Shown here piece by piece: positions 38,349 through 47,960 of a DNA stretch of 64,000 bases. The stretch's first letter is position 1. Each line of letters begins with the position of its first letter. Origin of the DNA: Kiritimatiellia bacterium (GTDB lineage: Bacteria; Verrucomicrobiota; Kiritimatiellia; RFP12; UBA1067); assembly GCA_045598585.1 (NCBI GenBank), contig JAZLMG010000027.1, forward strand, positions 4,380 through 68,379, written 5' to 3'. The notes beneath the pieces are model-generated. The model made no database searches and was not told the origin of the DNA. It worked only from the letters and a program-made list of their open reading frames with translations. Position numbers and translations under genes: made by a program.

Positions 38349-41300
38349 ATGATGAAAAAGATCATGAAAACTATGTTGTCTTTTGCCGCGCTGATGCTGT
38401 GCGGCGGAGCGTGGGCGGCGGCAATCTATAAGCCGATTGCGGTTTGGGATGGTAACTTTGCGGATTTGACAAAGGGCGGCGTTACGCTTGCCAATGTCGG
38501 TGAATCTGCTAATCCTATTGTCACAAGCAATGGAGAGTCGTATATTAAAATTGCCGATGATGCAACAAAAGGTGTGTTCCTTAACTGGGATGATCTTTAT
38601 AATGTAACGTTGGCCAACGGCGGTTTTAGCGGAAGAGAGGTGACGGTCATCGTAGCATATTCGGATATGCCGACTCCGGGGACAAATGCGAAAGACGCAA
38701 TTTTCACTTTGACGAGTCAGGCAACGACAACGAGCAATGCAAGCTCTGACTGGCTTGGTGTTATGGCGAACACGTCCGGTCAGACGTCGGCTATGGTCGG
38801 ATCTAATTCGACTTGGACGCACACTTCTGAGAATCCGAAAGGCGTGTTTGACTTTGCGAATAACGAGCAAGGTATTCGTTATCTCGCGTTCTCGTATAAA
38901 TCTTCAAGTACCGAGGTGCTTCCGACGGGTTGCCAGCTTTTCCAGAGAGCCGATGACGGTACTTGGACGAAGGTTTATGGATCGTGGGGACTTAAGACGT
39001 CCACTGCGGATATTAGAGGCTGCAGTATCGGTGGCCCTCGTAATGTGACTTATGCGGGCGCACTTCAAGGACTTAAGATTCATAAGATAGCGGTCTTTAA
39101 TGAAATTCTTACGGATGCAAATCTCGCAGGATATCGTTTCCCGAGTGATGTTAACGTCCTGACGCACAACAAGGCATTGACTAGCGACTATGTTGCAACC
39201 GGTTGGTATGTTTCGTCTGTCGATGAACTTACCGCCTACAACTATACGGGCGTAATGGCCGGTGGTTATGTCACGGATGGAACTCCCGCATACGGATATT
39301 TCCCGACGAAGCACAGTGATGGCACGGTTACGGTCGAAATGCATGGCGTTGACAACGAAGCAAAGGGCGTGCTCGTCGAAATGAAGGTCGAGGACGGTGA
39401 GGTCAAAATTAAAGGTATCAAGGCGGCGTATTGGAGTGCTAAGAATCAAATCGGCAATCGTTTGTGGCAGGCGGCGAATAATTCGCAGATTACAACCGGG
39501 AATGGAACATTTGCGTCGGGTGCAACAGGCAATGGTTATGGCATTTTGTCTTTGACGGCGACTCCGAGCTATCATGTTTTAAACGCTTCATATAAGAATT
39601 TCAATCAGGCGGGCTATGGAAGTACGTATACATACAAATTTAATTTGCGCGCTACCCCGAGCTATGCTGATGGAACAAAGGTTCTCGTAAAGCGTGTTGG
39701 TATTGCATGCGAAGGTGCGAACGACGATCTTCCCGCAAAGGTTCGCATTAACGGAATCGCGAGCACTTCGCGTATTGGGCCTGAATATGAATCGACCTTT
39801 GGCTCTGCGTCAAGTACTATTGTCTATTATAATTTTGATAATGGAGTTGAGCTGACTGTTGGCACGGATGCAGATGAATTTGTATATTTGAATGCTGATG
39901 ATACTGTATCGACTTCTATTCGACATCGTCTCGTTGAAAAGATCGCTCGCAGTTATTCCAATCTCTCGGTTATTACCATTTACAATAATGGTACTGAAGT
40001 TACGAACTATTCGCCGATTTGTGATGTTGTTGCCGAGCGAATAGCGATTAATCCGGATAATGATGCGACGTTTACGGGTACACTTTCGCATTCTACATGG
40101 TCGGTGATTGGTAAGGTTGCAGAAGGTGACACGATTAATGATGTCGCGCTCAAATACGGAATTACTGCGCAGCTTGGCGGTTCGAGCATTAACAGAGGAA
40201 CGCCTCTTGATGCCGTTGACTGCTACTCGCAGGTTCACACAGATGGTGTTCTCACCGTCGAAATGCATGTTCAGGATGGTGATAACAAGAAGAATGTGCT
40301 TGTTGGCTTCAAGGTCGAAGGTGGTCTCTTAATGGCCAAGTGGCTTAAGGGCTCTTATAAGGGAACAACAGTAAATGATCGCCAAACAACCTACGCAGAA
40401 GGTGGGACGATCTCAGTTATTTCGGGTTTTACCTCGTATGATAACTACGAGGTTACAAAGCTCGTGGTGACGAAGGCCGATCTCCTCAACACGAGCGCGA
40501 CGAAGCCTTCTGTAATCGCCACGAGCAATAACGCGCTCCGTCTTCATCTCGATGCCTCATCGCTCGCCAACTTCACGCTCTCAAATGGTGAGGTGACGCA
40601 GTGGAACGACCTCTCCGGCAAGAACTATAATGCAACGCCGGCATCGGCAAAGGTCGGTAATGCGGATGTGACCCGAAATGGTTATATCGAAGTTGTTAAT
40701 GGCGTCCCCGCGTTCCAGATGGGACCGACCGGGAGCGGCGTCGATCTCGCCTTCAATCGATTCACCGGCATCAAGACTGTGTTTTGGGTGATGGACATCA
40801 AACAGGAACAAGCTGCGTTCTTCCTCGGAGATGTCGGTTATCAGCAATATGACTTCCATCGTGGCGCTAATGGTGTTTATGCCTCTCAGAACAAGCCGTT
40901 CAAGAATGCGACATGCGTGCGCTGCGATGGTGTACAGGTAAATCCCGCCTCTGATGTCGCGCCGACCGGTTTGCATGTCTATTCCGCACAGTTGGCCACG
41001 GCTGCTAATGCGAATCGTCTTTCACAGGACCGCTCCGAGAACGGATGCAATGGCGGTCGTGCGATTTCAGAACTTTTGATTTTCAATACCGAACTCACGA
41101 ATGATCAGGTTGCGGAAGTCAATAAGTATTTGATGAAGAAGTGGACCGGATATAAAGAACGCACGGCCACGATCTCTGCTGATACGAATTGGTCGGAAAT
41201 TGAGTGGTCCGGTGATGAAGATACGGATAACATTGTTATTGCCTTTGAAGATAATGCCAAGCTGACGTTTGATTCGTCGGTGCAGTGCAACTCGATGACG

Positions 41301-44300
41301 ATTTCCGGCAATGGTCAGATTGCCGCCGATGAGTCGCTCTTTACGGATGGCTGCTATATCAAGGCGCTTGTCGAGGCGCAGAGCGCTCTCACGATTGCGG
41401 ATACCATTACGTTCGATCAGACAATGAAGTCTGGTTTTGTTGGAGCGCTTTACAAGACAGCAACAACGATTGAGCTTCGTGCGCAGAATAAGGAAGTTAT
41501 CTCCATTAACCTTGCCGGCGGTAAGAACACGGCGGAGACTTCCGAAGCCGCGAACTTGGTGACGGACGCCAATACCTATTATGGTCTCGCGCCGGTTCCG
41601 GGTGATAAGTGGAATAATATTTCCGGTCGTTGGCAGACGGGAAACAAGACCGTTACGCTTAATTCGGCTACCGCGTATGATGGCATGACGACGGCTCAGC
41701 GCGATACGATGAGCTTGAGTGCGACGGCGCAAAATACTTGGAATGCTGATAGTATTGCAAATCCGTTCCTTCGCGGCTATCTTGACGATAGCGGCGGCGT
41801 TGAAGTCTCGGTTACGGGTATCCCTTATTCGAAATACGATGTCATTGTTTATGTAACATCGGATGATGCACGTTATAGACTTGCGCCGATTACCGTGAAC
41901 AAAGTCAAGTATACCTATATGAACGGGGAAGCCGTCGTTGATACCGGTACGACGGATTGGGGCGTTGGACTTCAGGCGACGCCGGCTTTCGGCAAGAATG
42001 CGATGATTATTCGCAACCAGAGCCTGCAGACCTTGTCAATCAAGGCCGAGCGTCATACGAATGCGGGTCGTGGTACGCTTTGCGCGATACAGGTTATCAA
42101 CATGGGCGGCGAGGTGCTGACCCAGCGCACCTATGCTTCGACGATTACGACAGAAATGACCGCAGCGAATCTCTCGGAGCTTCAGTGCACCGGCTCGGGT
42201 TCGACGATTGTTGGCGGTGAGCTCACTCAGGTTACGCTGACGCTTGAAGGCGAAGCGACTGATCCCGAATTCGTTTTGACGATGGACGATCCGACGATCA
42301 AGACGGAATTCATCAAGATTATCGGCTCGCGTCCGATTAAGATTGCCTCTTCCGCGGCGATGGAAGGTGTTGTTTTGGATCTTTCCGAAACGTCGGGCAA
42401 TGTGACGCTTGCTCAGTCGGCTAAGAAGGTGACGGTTGGCGAACACGCGCGCCTTGTTCTTGCCGATGGTGTCTCGGTTGAGGCGCTCACGAATAACGGT
42501 GGTACGATTCGCTTCGAATCTGACCTTTCGTCCGGTACGACGCCGAACAATGGCGCGGGTACTTACGAATATAAGAATGCGAAGATTACCGGCTTCGTCA
42601 ATGGCAGCGCGAAAATCCATGTACTTGATGGTGATACGCTTAACGTGACGGCGCGTACGGCTCCTTCGCTCGAAATTGAGAATGGCGCGACGGTGACGAT
42701 CGGTGAAGCCGTTGGCAGCTTGTGGTATGGCGATGGTACGACCTTTGTTCAGAAGGGTGGCACGGTCTCATTGCCAATTAACGGTACGGGAACCTCCGGC
42801 ACAGGTAATGGCCTCTTGCTCGGCTATCAGAATGGCGGCATCACTCAGATGTCGGTTTCGGGCGGCTCGTTCACGATTGCGAATTCGTCTCTCAACTTCT
42901 ATCTCTGCTCGTCGATGACGGTTTCGGGTACCGGACACGTCAAAGCGAAGGGTGTTTATAAGAGCGGTAATGCCGCGACAGTCACGGTTTCCGATAACGG
43001 TATCTTCGAAATCGGTTCGCTCGGTTGGTCTGATATTTCTCTTAATATGAACGGCGGCACGTTTAAGGCGTTCGAGACGGCGACGATGTCAGCGGCGATG
43101 ACGATCCGTGATGCGACGACGATAGATGTCCCCGATGGCGTCACGCTTACGATTACGGGCGCGATTTCGGGTAGCTCGAACATCACGAAGACGGGTGCGG
43201 GCACGCTCATCATCACCGACTCGCTAGAAGGTTATACGGGTACGATTACGGCAACGGCCGGCCGCATCTCGGCGTGTGACTACTCGAAGGTCGCGACTTC
43301 CGATGTGGGTAAAATTCTCGTCGTGGAGTCGATTCCCGAATATGCCTCGGGCCACTTCACGGTTCCGACGGAGCTTGCGACGGTTGACTTCGATGTTCTT
43401 CGTCCGACAGGTACGATTGTGACCAAGGCGGAAGTTCTCGCCGATAAGACGGCGAAGATCTCGGGCGTTGCAACGAGCTTCGACGTGACCTATACCAATA
43501 CGATTAACTTTGCGTACAAGGCGAATTCTTCATGGTCCTCGGCTACGGATGCCAATGCAAAATCGTACAATAACACGCTCAATGACAAGTCCACGGGTCT
43601 TGAAATTCATAATCAGCCGCATATTGAGAATATTGCGTCAACGTTTTATGATGCAACCGATCAATTGTCGTTTGCGATTGTCGGTACTATGCCGGCGGGT
43701 CAGGATACGATTTTTGCGCACTTTGGACATTCTCAATCCGGTAAGTCCGGCCTTATGATCATTACCGGATCTAAGGAAGATGAGGTCGTCGTAGCGTTCA
43801 ACCATGGAAATCAAGTTACGCCGATTGCGAAGATGGTAGTTCCGAATTCGGCGACCAAACGTCATGCGTATGTCATCACCAAGGATGACAATCGCGATGC
43901 CGATACGACGACCTTTACGATTTATCTCGATGGAATAAAGTGGAAGACCCATGTTGAAACACCGAGATTTATGATTAGCGGCAATATTCAAATCGGTGGT
44001 GATGTTTGGGGCCTAATTCGAAATACCCCAAGTATCACAAATCCTGCGAATAACTATACGATTGCTACTTCTCAAAATGATGGTATCGTAAACTGTGTTC
44101 GTGGATATAACCGAATTATCTCCGCAGCGGAAATTGCTCAGTATTCCGATGAGAGCGAATTTCCTTATGTTTCGCCGAATGGAACATATACTCGTAATCC
44201 TACCGAGAATGGTAGCTGGGTTAGCGAGGGTGCGTGGACGAGCGGAGATGAGACGGTTGAGAAGCCCTCGGTTAAGGGTAATGTCGTCGTGACCGGTACG

Positions 44301-47300
44301 CACGCTGAAAACGCCGAAGCGACCGAGAAGACGATTACGGTTAATCTCACCGATGAAGTTCAGTACGAAAAGCTCACGCTCTCGGGTGATCCGATGCGCT
44401 TCGTCAACGGCGGCAACGATGCAAAGCCCGTTAAGTCGGTCTGCACGGTTGTCGGCACGACGGTTACGCTTTCGCAGAATGCGATCGACCTCAAGGCCGG
44501 CCCGACGATCATTCTCGATACGGGCAAGCTCGTCTTCGACTTCTCTTCGCTTACCGAGCAGATCGTCGCTGCCAACCCGATCGATCAGCAGGTTACAGGC
44601 GATATCGAAGAAGATGAGAACATCGGCACTGAAAGCGCGAAGATTGTCGTCGTTGGCCCGGAGAATCCCGGCCGTCTCGACATTCGTTTGAGCTACGTCA
44701 ACAACTGCTATCATGTCGTTGCGGCATTGAAGCCGGTCTATCTCAACAGCGATAATACGTTGCAGCTTGCTGACGGAACGACGGTCTCTTCGCTCTACGA
44801 GAACGAGAAGGTTTATGTCTCCTCGGTTGGCTTTGATCAAACGACCCGCTGGCGCGTCAACCTGAATAATAACACGCTCAGCGGACATACGGTCGTCATC
44901 GACTATCCGAATGGTGGTTCGAATCCGGGTATCAGCGTCCAAAGCGATATCTTGGATAATCTCAACATTGAGATTGCGGACGGTTCGATTATGTACATGC
45001 AGTCGGGCTATAAGGCGACCAATGCGACGATTACCGGCAAGGGCACCTTTAAGCTCACACAGCCGTTGACGGTTGACGGCGCCTTGATGATCTCCGCGGC
45101 AACTGTTACCGTCGAAGAATCGGGTAAGTTCAAGTTGAATACCAACGGCTCGGTTACCGTTCCTTCTGAACTTGGCGAGGGTCTTATTGAAAGCAATGTT
45201 TCGGGCATGCAGGTCAAGAAGGTGACCAACGAAGGCGAGACGACGACCTACACTTACTCGCTCTTCACGCCGGCGGCTTCTATCACGATTGACGGTGAGA
45301 CGACGTATTATTATCCGACTCTTGCCGATGCGATTTCCGATGCCTCGGCGGATGGTCTTACGGTGACGCTTGAGGGTGATGTGACGCTGGACGCCGCAGT
45401 AACGGTTCCGGTTGGGGTTACCCTCGATATCGGTTCGCATACGATCAGCGGTAGTCAGGTTAATGTCTATGGCGCTATCGCCGGTAATGGTACGATCGGC
45501 ACTTTGGTGATGGTTCGTAATTCGACGATCATTATGCCCGAGGAGGGCGTGCTCAAGGTGAGCTACATCGGTAAGTTCGATATAAAGCTCAATATCGCCA
45601 ATGCTGCGACCTCGCCGCTTACCTATCTCGAAGTTGCGAACATCTATGTTGATGGCACGAAGGCGTATGCGCCGTCATTCATCTCCTTCGTCGATGATGG
45701 AGTCGAATCCGTTGGCGTGGTCGGTCTTGACCAGCGCGAATCGGATGAGGTCTATCTCCTCCAGGCGGCAATCGCCGTCGCCGGCGTTTCGGTTTCGGTA
45801 GGGGGAGTTGACTATACCTATGGTTACATGACTGTCAATGAGGCAGTAGAGGCGGCAGTTGAGCAGGGTGGCTCCTATGCCAATGTCGAGGTCTACGACG
45901 AGGACGCGGAACTTCCTGAGGGCTTCATGGTCGTCTCGGGTCATTTGGCTCCGATTGTCGCCAAGATCGGCACGACTCCGTATCCAACGCTCCCCGGCGC
46001 GATTGCTGCGGCAGAAGAGACCGCTTCGGCGCAGACGCCTGTGACGGTGACGCTCGCGCGCAACGTGACGCTTCAGGATGCTTTGAATATTCCCGCCAAT
46101 GTGACGGTTGATGTGAACGGCTTCACGTTCACGGGCTCGGTTCAGGGTGCGGGTAAGATCAAGTTCGCCGGCTTCGCGCCGATTAAGGATGCGACGACGC
46201 TCAAGACCTCGCTTCAGGATTCCGAACATTGGACGGGTACGCTTTTGATTACTCAGCCGACTTCGGGCCAGATTGGTGCGAGTGATAACACTGTCGATAC
46301 GGCGGCCAATGGCTATCGTACGCTTCTTAATAACTACGGCAACATCAATTCGAAGATTGAGTTCGTTGATTGCACGGGTGATGGTGATATCAACTATATC
46401 GGACTTTCGCACAATGGCGATTCTGATCCTGTTGTTATCAAGCCCGAAATTGTCATTACCGGTAATGTGAAACTAAATAACGGATATTCGCATAGCAACA
46501 GCTATCCGAATTACTACACCGTTATTCGTAAGCTTTCCGGTACGGGTGCAATCAGTGCAACGCACTCCTCGCAGCTCTATTACATCGTTGACGGCAGCGA
46601 GTTCGCGGGCTCCATCTCGACGACAACGAAGAAGTTCATCTTCGGTGAGCGTGAGTCGACGGATGGTGTTCCGGCAGATGGCATTATCGCCGTTAAAATC
46701 GGTAAGTCCGTAACGATCGCGTCTGATAAGACTTGGTCTGCGACATCGATCGTTGTTAACGGTACGCTTACGAAGTCGAATGGTGCGACTTTGACCGGTA
46801 GCAATAATAACAATGGTAAGGTTGCCGGCTCCGGCGAAATCATCGTCGTCGGTTCGACCACGGCCGCCGGTATCAGCGGACATGGTATTCGCGGGCTTAC
46901 CGAAACGAATTGGACGGGTACGCTTACCATTAAGGATTGGAATGGTGCTGCTAATGCCGGTTCGGCAGATTTCGGCAATCTCGGCAATGCCAATTCGACT
47001 GTTCGCTTCGATGGCTATAACGGTTATCTCTATACGGGAACCTATAACCAGATTAAGGCGTATGACATTGCCGCGGGCGGCTTGACCTTGATTGGTCAGT
47101 ACTCGAACGGTAATCCGATCTTCCAGGGCAACTTGACCGGATCGGGTCCGATTACGGTGAATATGACGGGTGGACGTTTGATTAAGTTCGTCGGCGATCA
47201 CTCCGCATATACGGGAACGATTACTGTTGCGAATACTGCGTGCGTTGCGTTGGTTGATTCGGCTGACGCGCCTGTCCAGTACGAAGCCGGCAAGGTCATC

Positions 47301-47840
47301 TACGGTTCCGGATCCTCTCAGAAGATTCCTGAGATTCCTGAAGATGCGACTGTGACGATTGCACCCGGATCAAACGCGACGGTGACGTTCCCCGAAGAAG
47401 CGACTGCCGAGGAGAAGGCGGCAATTGCTGACCAGATCGTCGTCAAGTACGGCGAGACTGTTCTCAATCCTGCCGAATGCACGAAGTATGTCGAAGTCAC
47501 GATCAATCAGGAATCCGGTAAGGTCGAGCTGACGACGACGGAGGCCGCCAAGCCGGCTGCGACGGAGATCGCGATGTCGACGCCGACGGAAGGCGAAGGT
47601 GAGGAAGCGACTGACAAGGTTCAGTTCACGATCACCAACCCGATCCCGGGTCTCTTCTACGAAATCGTCTCCGGCGATAGCTTCGATGAGCACGGTGCTC
47701 TCGTTGTTGACGAAGACGCTGAGAAGGGTACCTCTCAAGCGACGACTTCGGCCGAAGCGAAGACGGTCTCGATCCCGATGACCTTCACCGGCGATAAGAA
47801 GGTGAAGTACTACAAGGTCAGCGTCAAGGCAACGAAGTAA
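38349..47840 (+). CDS. giant secreted surface protein (3,163 aa): LamG/ConA-like lectin domains + PATR-like/beta-helix repeats + small conserved C-terminal tail
   Basis: ATG 38349 follows AAGGAAAATAAG, with signal peptide MMKKIMKTMLSFAALMLCGGAWA|AA. LamG-like segments lie at about 38420-39140, 40525-41150 (LHLDASSL…WNDLSGKN…LIFN) and 43594-44150. PATR-like motifs are TKTGAGTLIITDSLEGYTGTITATAGRI (~43180-43270) and LTGSGPITVNMTGGRLIKFVGDHSAYTGTITVAN (~47130-47235). An internal duplication covers ~39315-39435 and ~40240-40360 (DGTVTVEMHGVD / DGVLTVEMHVQD). I recognise no beta-barrel, LPXTG or PEP-CTERM. Confidence 0.85.
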   Translation: MMKKIMKTMLSFAALMLCGGAWAAAIYKPIAVWDGNFADLTKGGVTLANVGESANPIVTSNGESYIKIADDATKGVFLNWDDLYNVTLANGGFSGREVTVIVAYSDMPTPGTNAKDAIFTLTSQATTTSNASSDWLGVMANTSGQTSAMVGSNSTWTHTSENPKGVFDFANNEQGIRYLAFSYKSSSTEVLPTGCQLFQRADDGTWTKVYGSWGLKTSTADIRGCSIGGPRNVTYAGALQGLKIHKIAVFNEILTDANLAGYRFPSDVNVLTHNKALTSDYVATGWYVSSVDELTAYNYTGVMAGGYVTDGTPAYGYFPTKHSDGTVTVEMHGVDNEAKGVLVEMKVEDGEVKIKGIKAAYWSAKNQIGNRLWQAANNSQITTGNGTFASGATGNGYGILSLTATPSYHVLNASYKNFNQAGYGSTYTYKFNLRATPSYADGTKVLVKRVGIACEGANDDLPAKVRINGIASTSRIGPEYESTFGSASSTIVYYNFDNGVELTVGTDADEFVYLNADDTVSTSIRHRLVEKIARSYSNLSVITIYNNGTEVTNYSPICDVVAERIAINPDNDATFTGTLSHSTWSVIGKVAEGDTINDVALKYGITAQLGGSSINRGTPLDAVDCYSQVHTDGVLTVEMHVQDGDNKKNVLVGFKVEGGLLMAKWLKGSYKGTTVNDRQTTYAEGGTISVISGFTSYDNYEVTKLVVTKADLLNTSATKPSVIATSNNALRLHLDASSLANFTLSNGEVTQWNDLSGKNYNATPASAKVGNADVTRNGYIEVVNGVPAFQMGPTGSGVDLAFNRFTGIKTVFWVMDIKQEQAAFFLGDVGYQQYDFHRGANGVYASQNKPFKNATCVRCDGVQVNPASDVAPTGLHVYSAQLATAANANRLSQDRSENGCNGGRAISELLIFNTELTNDQVAEVNKYLMKKWTGYKERTATISADTNWSEIEWSGDEDTDNIVIAFEDNAKLTFDSSVQCNSMTISGNGQIAADESLFTDGCYIKALVEAQSALTIADTITFDQTMKSGFVGALYKTATTIELRAQNKEVISINLAGGKNTAETSEAANLVTDANTYYGLAPVPGDKWNNISGRWQTGNKTVTLNSATAYDGMTTAQRDTMSLSATAQNTWNADSIANPFLRGYLDDSGGVEVSVTGIPYSKYDVIVYVTSDDARYRLAPITVNKVKYTYMNGEAVVDTGTTDWGVGLQATPAFGKNAMIIRNQSLQTLSIKAERHTNAGRGTLCAIQVINMGGEVLTQRTYASTITTEMTAANLSELQCTGSGSTIVGGELTQVTLTLEGEATDPEFVLTMDDPTIKTEFIKIIGSRPIKIASSAAMEGVVLDLSETSGNVTLAQSAKKVTVGEHARLVLADGVSVEALTNNGGTIRFESDLSSGTTPNNGAGTYEYKNAKITGFVNGSAKIHVLDGDTLNVTARTAPSLEIENGATVTIGEAVGSLWYGDGTTFVQKGGTVSLPINGTGTSGTGNGLLLGYQNGGITQMSVSGGSFTIANSSLNFYLCSSMTVSGTGHVKAKGVYKSGNAATVTVSDNGIFEIGSLGWSDISLNMNGGTFKAFETATMSAAMTIRDATTIDVPDGVTLTITGAISGSSNITKTGAGTLIITDSLEGYTGTITATAGRISACDYSKVATSDVGKILVVESIPEYASGHFTVPTELATVDFDVLRPTGTIVTKAEVLADKTAKISGVATSFDVTYTNTINFAYKANSSWSSATDANAKSYNNTLNDKSTGLEIHNQPHIENIASTFYDATDQLSFAIVGTMPAGQDTIFAHFGHSQSGKSGLMIITGSKEDEVVVAFNHGNQVTPIAKMVVPNSATKRHAYVITKDDNRDADTTTFTIYLDGIKWKTHVETPRFMISGNIQIGGDVWGLIRNTPSITNPANNYTIATSQNDGIVNCVRGYNRIISAAEIAQYSDESEFPYVSPNGTYTRNPTENGSWVSEGAWTSGDETVEKPSVKGNVVVTGTHAENAEATEKTITVNLTDEVQYEKLTLSGDPMRFVNGGNDAKPVKSVCTVVGTTVTLSQNAIDLKAGPTIILDTGKLVFDFSSLTEQIVAANPIDQQVTGDIEEDENIGTESAKIVVVGPENPGRLDIRLSYVNNCYHVVAALKPVYLNSDNTLQLADGTTVSSLYENEKVYVSSVGFDQTTRWRVNLNNNTLSGHTVVIDYPNGGSNPGISVQSDILDNLNIEIADGSIMYMQSGYKATNATITGKGTFKLTQPLTVDGALMISAATVTVEESGKFKLNTNGSVTVPSELGEGLIESNVSGMQVKKVTNEGETTTYTYSLFTPAASITIDGETTYYYPTLADAISDASADGLTVTLEGDVTLDAAVTVPVGVTLDIGSHTISGSQVNVYGAIAGNGTIGTLVMVRNSTIIMPEEGVLKVSYIGKFDIKLNIANAATSPLTYLEVANIYVDGTKAYAPSFISFVDDGVESVGVVGLDQRESDEVYLLQAAIAVAGVSVSVGGVDYTYGYMTVNEAVEAAVEQGGSYANVEVYDEDAELPEGFMVVSGHLAPIVAKIGTTPYPTLPGAIAAAEETASAQTPVTVTLARNVTLQDALNIPANVTVDVNGFTFTGSVQGAGKIKFAGFAPIKDATTLKTSLQDSEHWTGTLLITQPTSGQIGASDNTVDTAANGYRTLLNNYGNINSKIEFVDCTGDGDINYIGLSHNGDSDPVVIKPEIVITGNVKLNNGYSHSNSYPNYYTVIRKLSGTGAISATHSSQLYYIVDGSEFAGSISTTTKKFIFGERESTDGVPADGIIAVKIGKSVTIASDKTWSATSIVVNGTLTKSNGATLTGSNNNNGKVAGSGEIIVVGSTTAAGISGHGIRGLTETNWTGTLTIKDWNGAANAGSADFGNLGNANSTVRFDGYNGYLYTGTYNQIKAYDIAAGGLTLIGQYSNGNPIFQGNLTGSGPITVNMTGGRLIKFVGDHSAYTGTITVANTACVALVDSADAPVQYEAGKVIYGSGSSQKIPEIPEDATVTIAPGSNATVTFPEEATAEEKAAIADQIVVKYGETVLNPAECTKYVEVTINQESGKVELTTTEAAKPAATEIAMSTPTEGEGEEATDKVQFTITNPIPGLFYEIVSGDSFDEHGALVVDEDAEKGTSQATTSAEAKTVSIPMTFTGDKKVKYYKVSVKATK

Positions 47841-47883
47841 GCGAACTATTCTATCAGATATATTAGTTCGATTTACCAACAGC

Positions 47884-47915
47884 AAACGGCTTCGAAAGGA
47901 GCCGTTTGTTATTTT
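47884..47915 (+). terminator. rho-independent terminator of the giant gene
   Basis: AAACGGCT-tcgaaagg-AGCCGTTT followed by GTTATTTT. Confidence 0.8.
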
Positions 47916-47922
47916 AAGGGGC

Positions 47923-47952
47923 TTGATTTGAGAGAGAGGATTTTGATATAAT
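47923..47952 (+). promoter_or_regulatory. cassette promoter 1 (GGGGCTTGAT…TGATATAAT)
   Basis: TTGATT, 18-nt spacer, TGATATAAT. ATG 47961 is 8 nt after the -10. Confidence 0.6.
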
Positions 47953-47960
47953 AGCGTAGC

